Shown piece by piece: positions 26,485 through 37,254 of a stretch of 38,306 nt of DNA (positions within the stretch are counted from its first letter, which is position 1; each line of letters opens with the position of its first letter). The position numbers and the translations under genes are program-made. The stretch is from Bacilli bacterium (GTDB lineage Bacteria > Bacillota_I > Bacilli_A > RFN20 > CAG-826), in assembly GCA_036649855.1 (NCBI GenBank), contig JAVWAV010000006.1, positions 1 to 38,306 on the forward strand, in the 5' to 3' direction. The notes below the pieces were generated by a model that was not told the DNA's origin, did no database searches, and worked only from the letters and a program-made list of their open reading frames with translations.

Positions 26485-27901
26485 GTCATTACCTGATTTA
26501 GCTGAAGCTAGATTAAGAAATAAAAAACCAGAAATTATATATGACAATATTATGCCTAGTGCATATATTTTAAATGCGCTTAGTAATAAAAAATATTTTA
26601 TTAGAACGTACGGTTGCCAAGCAAATGTACGTGATAGTGAAACGTTATCTGGTTTATTAAGCAATCTTAATATGGTAGAAACAACGGAAGTAGAAGAAGC
26701 TGATGTTATTTTAATTAATACGTGTGCAGTTCGTGAAAATGCTGAAGATAAGGTGTTTGGCGAAATTGGCAATTTAAAAAAGATTAAAGAAAAAAATAAG
26801 GATTTAATTATTGCTGTTTGTGGCTGCATGGTTGAACAAAGTCATATAGTTAATCAAATGATTGAAACCTATAATCAAATTGATCTTATTTTTGGCACGC
26901 ATGATATTTTTAATTTCTATTCACTTTTAGAAGAAGTTATTGAAACTCGTCATCGTATAATAAGTGTTCATTCAGTAGTTGGTGATGTTCATGAAATAAC
27001 TTGTAGTAAAAGATCTGATAAACATCGTGCTTTTGTAAATATAATGTATGGCTGTAATAAATTTTGCACGTATTGCATTGTTCCTTATACACGTGGGATT
27101 GAAAGATCGAGAAAAAAAGAAGATATTTTAGCTGAAATGAATGAACTTATTAGCGAAGGATATATCGAAATAACCTTATTAGGTCAAAATGTTAATTCTT
27201 ATGGAAAAGATTTATATGAGGATTATAATTTTGCTAATTTACTTGAAGATGCTGCAAAAACTGGAATTGAGCGTTTAAGATTTACCACTTCTCATCCTTG
27301 GGATTTTGATGAAAATATGTTTGATGTTATTGCCAAATATGACAATATCATGAAATATATTCATCTTCCGGTTCAAAGTGGAAACAGTGAAATTTTACGT
27401 CTAATGAACAGAAGATATGACCGTGAAAAATATCTCAATCTTATCAAAAAACTTAGAGATAGGATTCCTGATGTAGCAATTTCAACTGATATCATTGTTG
27501 GATTTCCAAACGAAACTTATGATCAATTTTTGGATACTTTATCCCTTGTAAAAGAAGTGAAATATGATTTTGGATTTACATTTATTTATAGTCCACGTCA
27601 AGGAACTCCTGCCGCTAAAATGATTGATAACGTTACTTATGAAGAAAAAATCAAACGTTTTAAAATGCTTACAGATGAACTTAATGAAATTGTAGATACA
27701 AAGGCTAAACTTATGGTTGGAAAAACTTATAAAGTTTTAGTTGATGATGTTTCTAAAAAGAACGATGAATTTCTTTCTGGATATACCGAGCAAGGAAAAC
27801 TTGTTAATTTTAAAGGTGGAGCAGATGTAATTGGTAAAGTCGTTAAAATTAAGATTACCGAATCTCATGGTTATCATTTAATTGGAGAAATTGATGAATA
27901 A
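26465..27901 (+). CDS. miaB: tRNA i6A37 methylthiotransferase MiaB
   Basis: TYGCQANVRDSE, NTCAVRENAE, GCNKFCTYCIVP, TDIIVGFP, TRAM C-terminus. Confidence 0.97.
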   Translation: MGRTQIKSLPDLAEARLRNKKPEIIYDNIMPSAYILNALSNKKYFIRTYGCQANVRDSETLSGLLSNLNMVETTEVEEADVILINTCAVRENAEDKVFGEIGNLKKIKEKNKDLIIAVCGCMVEQSHIVNQMIETYNQIDLIFGTHDIFNFYSLLEEVIETRHRIISVHSVVGDVHEITCSKRSDKHRAFVNIMYGCNKFCTYCIVPYTRGIERSRKKEDILAEMNELISEGYIEITLLGQNVNSYGKDLYEDYNFANLLEDAAKTGIERLRFTTSHPWDFDENMFDVIAKYDNIMKYIHLPVQSGNSEILRLMNRRYDREKYLNLIKKLRDRIPDVAISTDIIVGFPNETYDQFLDTLSLVKEVKYDFGFTFIYSPRQGTPAAKMIDNVTYEEKIKRFKMLTDELNEIVDTKAKLMVGKTYKVLVDDVSKKNDEFLSGYTEQGKLVNFKGGADVIGKVVKIKITESHGYHLIGEIDE

Positions 27902-28214
27902 AGAAGAACTCTTTAAAGAAATTGATGATATTAAAGAAAATCTTTATAACGAGCCGTTAATTAAAGAATATTTTAGACTTGCAAATGCAATTAAAAAAAA
28001 CAAAGAACTTATAGAGTTAACAAAGGAAATTGAATTTAGTAAGAAAAATTTAGTTCCATCTTCATCTTCTGAAGAAGATTATAAAAAAGAACTAGCAACA
28101 TATAACTCATTAAAAGAAAAATATAATTCAAATCCGTTAATTGTTAATTTTTTAATAATTAAGGAACAGGTCAAGGATCTTATTTCTGAAATAAAGGATA
28201 TAATTCAAATATGA
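27894..28214 (+). CDS. YmcA/YlbF (RicA-like) family protein
   Basis: All-helical, 106 aa, with PLIKEY and NPLIVNF; lies directly after miaB, as ymcA does in Bacilli. Confidence 0.7.
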   Translation: MNKEELFKEIDDIKENLYNEPLIKEYFRLANAIKKNKELIELTKEIEFSKKNLVPSSSSEEDYKKELATYNSLKEKYNSNPLIVNFLIIKEQVKDLISEIKDIIQI

Positions 28215-29080
28215 TTTATGTTATTTGCGGACCTACTGCCAGTGGAAAATCAACTTTAGCATATAAACTAAAGAAGTTTTTTGATTGCCCAGTTATCAAT
28301 TGCGATTCATTTCAAATATATAAAGAATTAAATATTGGCACAGCAAAACCGACAAGCGATGAATTAAAAGAAGGAAATTATTACCTATATAATTTAATAA
28401 GCGCTTCTTCATCTATGTCCATTTTTGATTTCCAAAAAATATTTAGAACTACAATTGATGATTTGCTTAAAACTAATAAGAATATTGTTGTTGTCGGAGG
28501 ATCAGGTCTTTATATAAAATCTGCTTTTTATGATTACAAATTTGTTGAAGATGAACAGTTTGTGAAGCTTCCAGAATCTTTCGAAAAGATGAACAACCAC
28601 GAGCTTTATTTGCACCTTCAAAAAATTGATGAGGGTTCTGCAGTGAAATTGCACGAAAACAATCGTAAAAGAGTAATGCGTGCTATTGAAATTAGTCTTT
28701 CAAGTACTGGAAAAAAGAGTGAATTTGAAGAAAAACAAAAACATGTTTGTCTTTATAAAGATACAATGTTTATTGGTTTAGATATAAACAGAGAAGATCT
28801 TTATAAAAAGATAAATGATCGTGTGGATGAAATGTTTTCTTTAGGTTTAGAAGCAGAAGCTAAAGATTTATTTAAAGAATTTGGTCCAGATGCCCAAGCT
28901 TTACAAGCAATTGGATATAAAGAATTTTACAAGTATAATGCAGAAGAAGTAAAAGACAAAATTAAACAATTTAGTCGCAATTATGCAAAACGTCAAATGA
29001 CTTTTTTTAAAAATCAATTTGCTGAAATTAAATGGTTTTCTTCAATTGATGAAGCATATTCGTTTTGCATAAATCAATAA
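28211..29080 (+). CDS. miaA: tRNA dimethylallyltransferase MiaA
   Basis: GPTASGKS, DSFQIY..LNIGTAKP, VGGSGLY, AIGYKE, YAKRQMTFF. Confidence 0.97.
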   Translation: MIYVICGPTASGKSTLAYKLKKFFDCPVINCDSFQIYKELNIGTAKPTSDELKEGNYYLYNLISASSSMSIFDFQKIFRTTIDDLLKTNKNIVVVGGSGLYIKSAFYDYKFVEDEQFVKLPESFEKMNNHELYLHLQKIDEGSAVKLHENNRKRVMRAIEISLSSTGKKSEFEEKQKHVCLYKDTMFIGLDINREDLYKKINDRVDEMFSLGLEAEAKDLFKEFGPDAQALQAIGYKEFYKYNAEEVKDKIKQFSRNYAKRQMTFFKNQFAEIKWFSSIDEAYSFCINQ

Positions 29081-29146
29081 AAGCATTTTTATCTTTTAAT
29101 ATTACTTTTTTAATAATAAAATAGATTAGTAGTGAAGGAGAATAAT

Positions 29147-30763
29147 ATGGATAAAATAGAAAAAGTGGCAAGCCTTTTAGGTATACAAGAAAACGTATTA
29201 TTCAAATATGGAAGTTATAAAGCTAAAATTCCATTAGAATATTATGATGAAATAAAAAATAATCCGACAGGAAAACTTGTTTTAGTGACCGCAATTACGC
29301 CAACAAAAGCCGGAGAAGGAAAGACAACTTCTTCAATAGGTTTAGTTAATGGACTACGTAAAATTGGTATTAAAGCTACAGTTGTTTTACGCGAACCTTC
29401 TCTTGGTCCGGTGTTTGGACTAAAAGGTGGCGCTATTGGCGGTGGCAAATCAATTATTGTTCCATCAGAAGACATTAATCTCCATTTTAATGGTGATATG
29501 CATGCTCTAACATCATCAATAAATTTAATCAGTGCAATTATCGACAATCATTTGTTTCAAGGCAACGAGCTTAATATCGATCCTACCAAGATAGTATGGA
29601 AACGTTCACTTGATATGAATGATAGAGCACTTCGCGAAATTGTTATTGGACTTGGTGAGAAAAACGGCGTTGAAAGAAAAGAAAGCTTTCAAATTACTGT
29701 TGCAAGCGAATTAATGGCAGTACTTTGTTTAGCAACTTCTCGTGATGATTTTAAGCATAGAGTTGGCGAAATGATTGTTGCCTATACATATGAAGATAAG
29801 CCAGTTTATGTGAAAGATTTAAAAATTGTTAATGCAATTATGAAACTCATGAACGATGCATTATCTCCAAATCTTGTACAAACACTTTATGGAAATCCTT
29901 GCATCGTTCATGGCGGACCATTTGCCAATATTGCACATGGTTGTAATTCTTTGATTGCAACAAAGATGGCTCTTAAATTATCGGATGTTGTGGTAACAGA
30001 AGCAGGATTTGGTGCAGATTTAGGTGCAGAAAAATTCTTTGATATTAAGTGTCGTGTTGGTAAATTACAACCAGACGCTGTTGTACTTGTTGCTACAATT
30101 CGTGCTTTAAAACTCCATGGTGGTGTTGCTTATGAAGATTTAAACAAAGAAAATATTGAAGCATTAAAAATAGGTATTAAAAATCTTAATCAACATATAG
30201 AAAATTTAAAAAAGTTTGAAGTTCCACTCATTGTTGCAATCAATCATTTTGCTAGTGATTCAGAAAGCGAAATAAAAGTATTAAAAAATTGGTGCCTTGA
30301 AAATAACTGCGAAATCTCGTTCCTTAATGCTTATATAGAAGGTCCAGAAGGAGCAGTTGATCTAGCAAATAAAGTAGCTAAAGTTCTTAATACTAAAGAA
30401 ACACACTACCATCCACTTTATGATTTAGACTTATCAATAAAAGACAAAATAGAGAAGATCTGCAGGGATATTTACCGTGCCAAGAATATAAACTACACTC
30501 CAGAAGTCGAAGAAAAGATTAAAAATTATGTACAAATTGGCAAAGCAAATTTACCAATTTGTATTGCAAAAACTCCCATGTCATTTTCAGATAATCCTAA
30601 ACTGCTTAATGCTCCTAGTGATTATGATATTTTAGTAAAAGATATTAATCTTAATAATGGAGCTGGATTTATTGTTGCTTATTTAGGAAACATACTTACG
30701 ATGCCAGGACTTCCAAAAGTACCTCAAGCAGTAATGATGGAAAACGAAGATGAGCAATTATAA
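29147..30763 (+). CDS. fhs: Formate--tetrahydrofolate ligase
   Basis: TPTKAGEGKTT, LREPSLGP, HGGPFANIAHG, TEAGFGADLG, TMPGLP. Confidence 0.97.
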   Translation: MDKIEKVASLLGIQENVLFKYGSYKAKIPLEYYDEIKNNPTGKLVLVTAITPTKAGEGKTTSSIGLVNGLRKIGIKATVVLREPSLGPVFGLKGGAIGGGKSIIVPSEDINLHFNGDMHALTSSINLISAIIDNHLFQGNELNIDPTKIVWKRSLDMNDRALREIVIGLGEKNGVERKESFQITVASELMAVLCLATSRDDFKHRVGEMIVAYTYEDKPVYVKDLKIVNAIMKLMNDALSPNLVQTLYGNPCIVHGGPFANIAHGCNSLIATKMALKLSDVVVTEAGFGADLGAEKFFDIKCRVGKLQPDAVVLVATIRALKLHGGVAYEDLNKENIEALKIGIKNLNQHIENLKKFEVPLIVAINHFASDSESEIKVLKNWCLENNCEISFLNAYIEGPEGAVDLANKVAKVLNTKETHYHPLYDLDLSIKDKIEKICRDIYRAKNINYTPEVEEKIKNYVQIGKANLPICIAKTPMSFSDNPKLLNAPSDYDILVKDINLNNGAGFIVAYLGNILTMPGLPKVPQAVMMENEDEQL

Positions 30764-30989
30764 TCTATACGATTGTGTTGAGATGAAAAAACCTCATCCA
30801 TGTGGACACGAAAATAAAAAATTTCAAATAGTAAGAATGGGAGCTGATATTAAAATAAAATGTCTTGCTTGTGGCAACGTAATAATGCTTCCACGTAATG
30901 TATTTGAACAAAAACTAAGGAAAGTAATTCCTTTTGAAGAAAATAATAAATTTATTACTAAAAATCCAGATTCAACCTCACTTAAATAG
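30750..30989 (+). CDS. DUF951 (YyzM-like) small protein
   Basis: MKKPHPCG...RMGADIKIKCLACG motif. Confidence 0.9.
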   Translation: MSNYNLYDCVEMKKPHPCGHENKKFQIVRMGADIKIKCLACGNVIMLPRNVFEQKLRKVIPFEENNKFITKNPDSTSLK

Positions 30990-30998
30990 TGAGGTTTT

Positions 30999-32948
30999 AT
31001 GTTTTTAGAAATAAATATTGAGAAAAAGTCGGTATATCTAAACAAAAAAGAATTAATATTGTTAAGTAATATTAATTTATCATTTTCAAAGACCGGAATT
31101 TTCACAATAATAGGAAAATCCGGTTCTGGAAAATCTACTCTTTTAAATATAATTGGTGGAATTGATACAAAGTATGAAGGAAATATTATTTTTGGTGGAA
31201 ATAAAATAACTGATAAGAATAGAAATGAATATTTATCGAATCATGTGTCTTATGTTTTTCAAGATTTTAATTTATTAAAAAAATATACAGTTCTCTATAA
31301 TTGCATCTTGCCACTTCTTAATATAGGAGTAAAAAGCGAAGAGGGAATAAGCAAAGCTAAGGAATTATTAAAAAGATTTGGATTAGAAGGAAAAGAAAAT
31401 GTTCAATGTGATGAACTTAGTGGAGGAGAAGCACAACGTGTTGCAATAATAAGAGCACTAATAAAAGATCCTGATATATTAATTTGTGATGAACCTACAG
31501 GAAATTTAGATAAAAGAAACAAGCTTGAAATAGCTACAATATTAGGTGAAATAGCAGAAGAAAAACTGGTTATAGTAGCAACACACGAAGAAGAAATATT
31601 TGAGCAATATATAACTGGTAATGTAAAAATTAATAATGGTAAAGTTGAAAATAATAACATTCCATTTATTTTAGAAGAAAATTCTATTCAAATTGTTAAA
31701 GGAAAAAACAAATCATTTATCGATAAAGATAAAATACGATATTTCTTTAAACAATTCAAACTTCAGAATTTCTTATTTATAATTTCGAGCATGATTCCAA
31801 TTGTTTTGATGCTTTTTTCAATCCTCATAAGTCAAAAAAATACAAATTTTGTAAATCAATCATTGTATAAATATACAAATTATAATTATTTTGTAATTTC
31901 TGAAAAATTAATAACCTCAAAAGAAAATAAAGGCTTATCTTTTACTAAACTTTTAAAACCGAATATTGACGAAGTTAATAATGAATATAAAGACTTTAAC
32001 TATCATCTAGATATCAATCTAGAGCCACTTATTTCGTATATGAGTATTTTTGTTACTAATGAAAAAATTACTAATTGTGTTATCGAACCATATTTTGATC
32101 TTGAAACAAGTAATGTTTACGTCAATAAAATGTTTGCTGATCAATTTAAAACATCAAAATTAGAAATTAGATGCGATTATTCCCAATCTTTCGAAGTTGA
32201 ATCTGAAATAGTATATGAAGAATTAACATTTGTGTTAAATTTTGATGAAGTTAAACTTAGCGAAGAAGAAACATTGCTTTCATTTCCAAAAATTTATGTT
32301 CCATTTAATAAAATCATCAATTTATTAAAAGAAAAAGAAATGAGCAACATGATTGAAAATAACGATCAAATTATTTCGTGGTACGATTATTTTTATAGTT
32401 TAAAGAAAGATAATTTAATGTCAGGATATGGTTTGACGTTATTTTCAATCGATTTAAAAGCATTTAATTACTTTAAAGACTTAAAAGAAAGTGAAAAATA
32501 CTTGGTTAAAAATAATGCATTAGAAGTTGTGAATGCAATAAATTCTCAATACTCATTAATCAATATATTTATCAATATTTTCTTATTTAGTTCATTAATA
32601 GGATGGGTGTTTATTATTTCTTTTTGTGTAAACTCAGTATTATTAGTTGAAAGGCGAAATGATATTATAAGACTCTGTTTAGGACAAAATAAAAAGCAAA
32701 TATTAAAGAATAATAGAATACTTTTCTTAATACTAATAAGTTTGTGTGCCTTAGTCTATTTTGTTTTATTATTTGTTTCTAATTTTGCAATTAATTATTT
32801 TTATAAATTTACGTTTATTAACAAAAATACGATCATAATAAGCATTTTATTTTTTATTATTGAAGGTGTTTTAGCAATTAGCATAATTACATTTTTAAAT
32901 TATCGTAATTTTAAAAGCGATTATTTTATGGAGCTTAGATCGCAATGA
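30999..32948 (+). CDS. Fused ABC ATPase-permease (MacB-like architecture)
   Basis: GKSGSGKS, VFQDFNL, LSGGEAQR, DEPTGNLD, ATH; then one TM, an extracellular domain and three TMs. Confidence 0.88.
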   Translation: MFLEINIEKKSVYLNKKELILLSNINLSFSKTGIFTIIGKSGSGKSTLLNIIGGIDTKYEGNIIFGGNKITDKNRNEYLSNHVSYVFQDFNLLKKYTVLYNCILPLLNIGVKSEEGISKAKELLKRFGLEGKENVQCDELSGGEAQRVAIIRALIKDPDILICDEPTGNLDKRNKLEIATILGEIAEEKLVIVATHEEEIFEQYITGNVKINNGKVENNNIPFILEENSIQIVKGKNKSFIDKDKIRYFFKQFKLQNFLFIISSMIPIVLMLFSILISQKNTNFVNQSLYKYTNYNYFVISEKLITSKENKGLSFTKLLKPNIDEVNNEYKDFNYHLDINLEPLISYMSIFVTNEKITNCVIEPYFDLETSNVYVNKMFADQFKTSKLEIRCDYSQSFEVESEIVYEELTFVLNFDEVKLSEEETLLSFPKIYVPFNKIINLLKEKEMSNMIENNDQIISWYDYFYSLKKDNLMSGYGLTLFSIDLKAFNYFKDLKESEKYLVKNNALEVVNAINSQYSLINIFINIFLFSSLIGWVFIISFCVNSVLLVERRNDIIRLCLGQNKKQILKNNRILFLILISLCALVYFVLLFVSNFAINYFYKFTFINKNTIIISILFFIIEGVLAISIITFLNYRNFKSDYFMELRSQ

Positions 32949-35656
32949 TTAGAATTAAAAAATTAACTAAAAAATATAAAAACAATATAATTCTAAATAA
33001 TCTAGATTTAGAAATAAAAGAATGTGGTATTACTACAATAATTGGCCCATCTGGTTGTGGAAAGACTACTCTTCTTAATATCATTTCCGGTCTTGATAAA
33101 GACTTTTCAGGAGAAGTTATCATTGGGGAAAACAGTCTTAAAAAATTATCAGATGTTGAATTATGCAATTTAAGAATGAAAAACATTGCCTATCTCCACC
33201 AGTTTCCAAAATTGTTAGAAAATTTTAGAGTAAAAGATTTTTTAGAACTAACAAATTTTAGCCCAAAATTTCAGGATAAAAATGCTCAAAAAATACTCTT
33301 TAAATCAATGGAAATTACTAAATGTCTAAAAACGGAAATAAAAAATTTGTCTGGAGGCGAAAAACAAAGAGTTGCTATTTGTAAAGCCATTTTAAATGAT
33401 TATGATATATATATTTTCGATGAACCAACAGGTAATCTCGATGATGAGAATTCGAGAATTATAATGAACATAATTAAAAAAATAAGCTTAACCAAAATAG
33501 TTATTTTAGTAACACATGATAAAACAATATGTAGCGAATATAGTGATTCTATTTTCGATTTAGAAGAAAAGAAATATACCCGTAAAATTAAAACGAAAAG
33601 TTACAAGCCTGAAAAAGAAAAACAAAAAATTAAATTTAGATTAAGAAAACTTTTTAAATATACATTCCTAATATTTAAATCTAAAAAATGGAGAAATATG
33701 TTCTCTATTATTTCAATTACTTTAAGCTTTGTTTCTGCAACGCTAATTTTTTCTTTAAGTGAAAGCGTAAATTCATGCATTAAATCTTCTTTTGGACAGT
33801 ATTTTTCACAAAACGATATTTTAATTAGAGAAAAAAAGGCTAATGATGTAAAAATAAGTCGAAATTCATTAGATGAGTTTCAAGTAAATCAAATTAAAAA
33901 CAAATATCCAAAGTATATATCTAAAATAGATTATATTTATGAGAATAATTTTGAAACATTTTTTGATGAATCATCATTAGTTGTATCGCTTAATAACAAG
34001 TATCAAACAATACAAAATTTTTCTGCCAGAAGCTTTAATGAATTTAAACTTTTAAATGAAAAAGATAAATATAAATATGTATATAAAAAAGTTTTAGAAA
34101 ATGATGAGATTGTTTTAAGTATAAGCGAAAGTAAAATGGCATCAATTTGTCTATTTCTAAATATTAAAAGAACGTATGATTCTTTGTATGAATTTATATC
34201 AAATAATCAATTAAATATATCGTTTAGTGCAACCAATTTTTTATGGAGTTATAACAATGAAGCCTTATATAGACTTGTTGGTTTTATTCCTGAAAATGTA
34301 AATTTTATTTATCACACAAGCGATACATTTAATATAGATGTTTTTGAAACTGATATGAAACTGCCATCTACTCTTTATTATGATAATCAAAATAAGCCAT
34401 GGGTATTAAAAAAGACTGCAATACTCAACTTAAATGGTGAGTATACAGATTTTTTAAACCTATTTTTATATGATGAATTTTTATCGAATTTTTATGTTAA
34501 TAAAATGTCAGAAAGTTATATGCCGTTAACTTATACAAAAAACGAAATAGCAAATACTAATAAATACGCTATTTATTATGCTGATGATTCAAATAAATTT
34601 AAGAAAATATTATCGGCATTTAAACAAAAAGATATGTCAGATTTAATAATAGGAACAAATTATGGATATTTTGCATCAGAAGTTTCTTTTGCAAATGGAT
34701 TTGTATCAAAATTTTTGTTTGCAAACAGTTTAAACAAAGCAAATTATATAATCGATAATTTTGAAGAATTAACTGACCTAAATATTATACAAGAAGATGA
34801 AAGTATTTATTATGGTAATGGTTTATCTAACAATTCAAAAAGAATAAATATTGAAACAAAAAATATTAAGATGAGAAATAATGAAATTGCGATATCTCGT
34901 GCATTGGCTAACAATCTAAACCTTAAAACTGATGATGAACTATTTTATGTATGTTGCAAAAATGAAAATATAGATAAAGATGGTGATGTGATCCAAGATC
35001 TAGTTTTGGGAAGTTTGAAAATAAAATCGATTTTAAATGTTGATGGAGAGAAAATTATACATAATTCATTTTGGACATATTCGTTTTTTAGAGATGAATT
35101 AGGCTTTCCTTACGAAAAACTTGTCCCTAATTCTATTATTTTAAAAAATAATGCTGAAGTTAAAAACACTATTAATATTATTGAAAATAGCTTTAAAGAT
35201 TTCAAAGCCACATGTCCTTTAATAGAAATAAACAAAAATATCGAGTCAACAATTGCTGAAATACAATTAGGAATAACTTTATTTTCAATTTTTTCTGTAA
35301 TTATTTCATCAATTTTATTAATTTTAATTTTAATATCTATTTTCAATGATATTAAGAGAGATTTAGCAACATTATTATGCCTTGGAAGCAGCAAAAAACA
35401 GGTTTCATTATTACTTATTTTCTATTCGTTTATTTTAATATCAATTTCGATTATTCCTTCGTTTTTATCAACATTTTTTACTATTTATTTAGTCACTGAA
35501 ACGGTCTTTAATATGAGGATTTCTGGTCAATTAATGACCATATTTTATAAGCCAATATTTATAACTTTACTTATCTCTATTATACTAATTTTAATCGCTA
35601 TTATACTGGCAAAACGCAAGATTAAATCGTTAAATATCATAAAAGAATTAAAATAG
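32945..35656 (+). CDS. Fused ABC ATPase-permease (MacB-like) with a very large extracellular domain
   Basis: GPSGCGKT, LSGGEKQR, DEPTGNLD, VTHD; one TM, an extracellular region of roughly 500 aa, FtsX-like C-terminus (DLATLLCLGSSKKQV); ATGA overlap with the previous gene. Confidence 0.88.
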   Translation: MIRIKKLTKKYKNNIILNNLDLEIKECGITTIIGPSGCGKTTLLNIISGLDKDFSGEVIIGENSLKKLSDVELCNLRMKNIAYLHQFPKLLENFRVKDFLELTNFSPKFQDKNAQKILFKSMEITKCLKTEIKNLSGGEKQRVAICKAILNDYDIYIFDEPTGNLDDENSRIIMNIIKKISLTKIVILVTHDKTICSEYSDSIFDLEEKKYTRKIKTKSYKPEKEKQKIKFRLRKLFKYTFLIFKSKKWRNMFSIISITLSFVSATLIFSLSESVNSCIKSSFGQYFSQNDILIREKKANDVKISRNSLDEFQVNQIKNKYPKYISKIDYIYENNFETFFDESSLVVSLNNKYQTIQNFSARSFNEFKLLNEKDKYKYVYKKVLENDEIVLSISESKMASICLFLNIKRTYDSLYEFISNNQLNISFSATNFLWSYNNEALYRLVGFIPENVNFIYHTSDTFNIDVFETDMKLPSTLYYDNQNKPWVLKKTAILNLNGEYTDFLNLFLYDEFLSNFYVNKMSESYMPLTYTKNEIANTNKYAIYYADDSNKFKKILSAFKQKDMSDLIIGTNYGYFASEVSFANGFVSKFLFANSLNKANYIIDNFEELTDLNIIQEDESIYYGNGLSNNSKRINIETKNIKMRNNEIAISRALANNLNLKTDDELFYVCCKNENIDKDGDVIQDLVLGSLKIKSILNVDGEKIIHNSFWTYSFFRDELGFPYEKLVPNSIILKNNAEVKNTINIIENSFKDFKATCPLIEINKNIESTIAEIQLGITLFSIFSVIISSILLILILISIFNDIKRDLATLLCLGSSKKQVSLLLIFYSFILISISIIPSFLSTFFTIYLVTETVFNMRISGQLMTIFYKPIFITLLISIILILIAIILAKRKIKSLNIIKELK

Positions 35657-35724
35657 GAAAATAAATCATATACATTCATAAAAAGTGGTGTATAATAACA
35701 ATGTCTTTTAAGACAGGAGTAGAT

Positions 35725-35940
35725 ATGAGCGAAGAAAAAAAGTATACTGGCAAAGTAAAGATGTTCAACAAGGATAAAGGCTATGGATTTATCCACGGTG
35801 ATGATGGTCAAGATGTATTCTTTCACTATTCATCATTAATCATGGAAGGTTTCAAAACAATTGAAGCTAATGATGAAGTTGAATTCGAAATTGAACAATC
35901 CGATAGAGGCCCAAGAGCTAAAAACGTTGTCAAAAAGTAA
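35725..35940 (+). CDS. Cold-shock protein (CspA family)
   Basis: GKVKMFNKDKGYGFI, DVFFHYS, GPRAKNV; SD AGGAG. Confidence 0.95.
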   Translation: MSEEKKYTGKVKMFNKDKGYGFIHGDDGQDVFFHYSSLIMEGFKTIEANDEVEFEIEQSDRGPRAKNVVKK

Positions 35941-35960
35941 AACCACGCAAGTGGTTTTTT
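35939..35960 (+). terminator. Rho-independent terminator after the cold-shock gene
   Basis: AAAACCAC-gcaa-GTGGTTTTTT. Confidence 0.85.
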
Positions 35961-36144
35961 CTTTTACTAATTTTTAGGAAAATTAATAACTTTCCTTTAT
36001 ATGTTTTATTAAATTATAAATTTTTCAAAAGATATCTTAAAATACCTAATTTTTGATATTTTCTTGCAAATTTATAAACACATATACATTTTAATTGTAT
36101 TTTAAATGTTATATAATAACATTTGCAATTAGGGAGGTTTTTAT

Positions 36145-37254
36145 ATGGGTTTAAAAGCAGGTATTGTCGGACTTCCGAATGTTGGTAAATCAACATTATT
36201 TAACGCTATTACGAAATCTCATGTAGAAGCAGCCAATTATCCTTTTGCTACTATTGAAGCAAATAATGGAATGGTTATTGTTGAAGATGAGCGTCTTGAT
36301 TATTTAACTTCGGTTTTTAATCCAAAAAAGAAAATATATACATCAATTGAATTTTTTGATATTGCTGGACTTGTAAAAGGCGCATCAAAAGGTGAAGGAC
36401 TAGGAAATAAATTCTTATCCCACATTAGAGAATGCGATGCAATCTTACATATGGTCCGTTGTTTTGACGACAATGAAATAATACACGTTGAAAACAATGT
36501 TGATCCAATCAGAGATATTGAAATAATTAATCTTGAACTTATTTTAGCAGATTTAGATTCTTGCGAAAAACGTATTGCTAAAGTTGAAAACAAAGCAAGA
36601 GTTTCAAAAGATAAATTATCAATGTATGAGATGGAAATTTTAAGCAAAGTAAAAACAAGTTTAGAATCAAACATCCCAGTTCGTTCTATTAAAGGATTTT
36701 CTACTGATCAATTAGAATACATTAAAATTTACATGAATTTTTTAACATCAAAACCAATAATTTACGTTGCTAACGTTAGTGAGGATGCTTATTCAAATTT
36801 AAATGATTTTAAATATTTTCAAGATGTTAAAAAATACGCCGAATTAGAAGGTGCTGGATGCGTTCCAATTTCGTGCGAAATCGAATATCAATTAGCAGGT
36901 CTTCCAATCGAAGATAAAAGAGAATTTCTTTCATCAATTGGTGCAAATGAATCAGGACTTAATGTTCTGGTAAAAGCTGCATATAAATTATTAAATCTTT
37001 CTACGTTTTTTACAGTTGGACAAGATGAGTGCCGTGCATGGACTTTTAAAAACGGATCAACCGCACCTGAATGTGCTGGAATAATTCATACGGATTTTCA
37101 AAAAGGATTTATCAAAGCAGAAGTGTATTCTTATGACGACTTTAAAATATATAAAAGTGAATTAGCTTTAAAAGAAGCAGGTAAATTAAGAATTGAAGGA
37201 AAAGATTATGTTGCTAAAGATGGCGATATTTTCTTCTTTAGGTTTAATGTATGA
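36145..37254 (+). CDS. ychF: Redox-regulated ATPase YchF (EngD)
   Basis: GLPNVGKSTLFNA, ANYPFATI, DIAGLVKGAS, IHTDFQKGFIKAE, FRFNV. Confidence 0.98.
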   Translation: MGLKAGIVGLPNVGKSTLFNAITKSHVEAANYPFATIEANNGMVIVEDERLDYLTSVFNPKKKIYTSIEFFDIAGLVKGASKGEGLGNKFLSHIRECDAILHMVRCFDDNEIIHVENNVDPIRDIEIINLELILADLDSCEKRIAKVENKARVSKDKLSMYEMEILSKVKTSLESNIPVRSIKGFSTDQLEYIKIYMNFLTSKPIIYVANVSEDAYSNLNDFKYFQDVKKYAELEGAGCVPISCEIEYQLAGLPIEDKREFLSSIGANESGLNVLVKAAYKLLNLSTFFTVGQDECRAWTFKNGSTAPECAGIIHTDFQKGFIKAEVYSYDDFKIYKSELALKEAGKLRIEGKDYVAKDGDIFFFRFNV

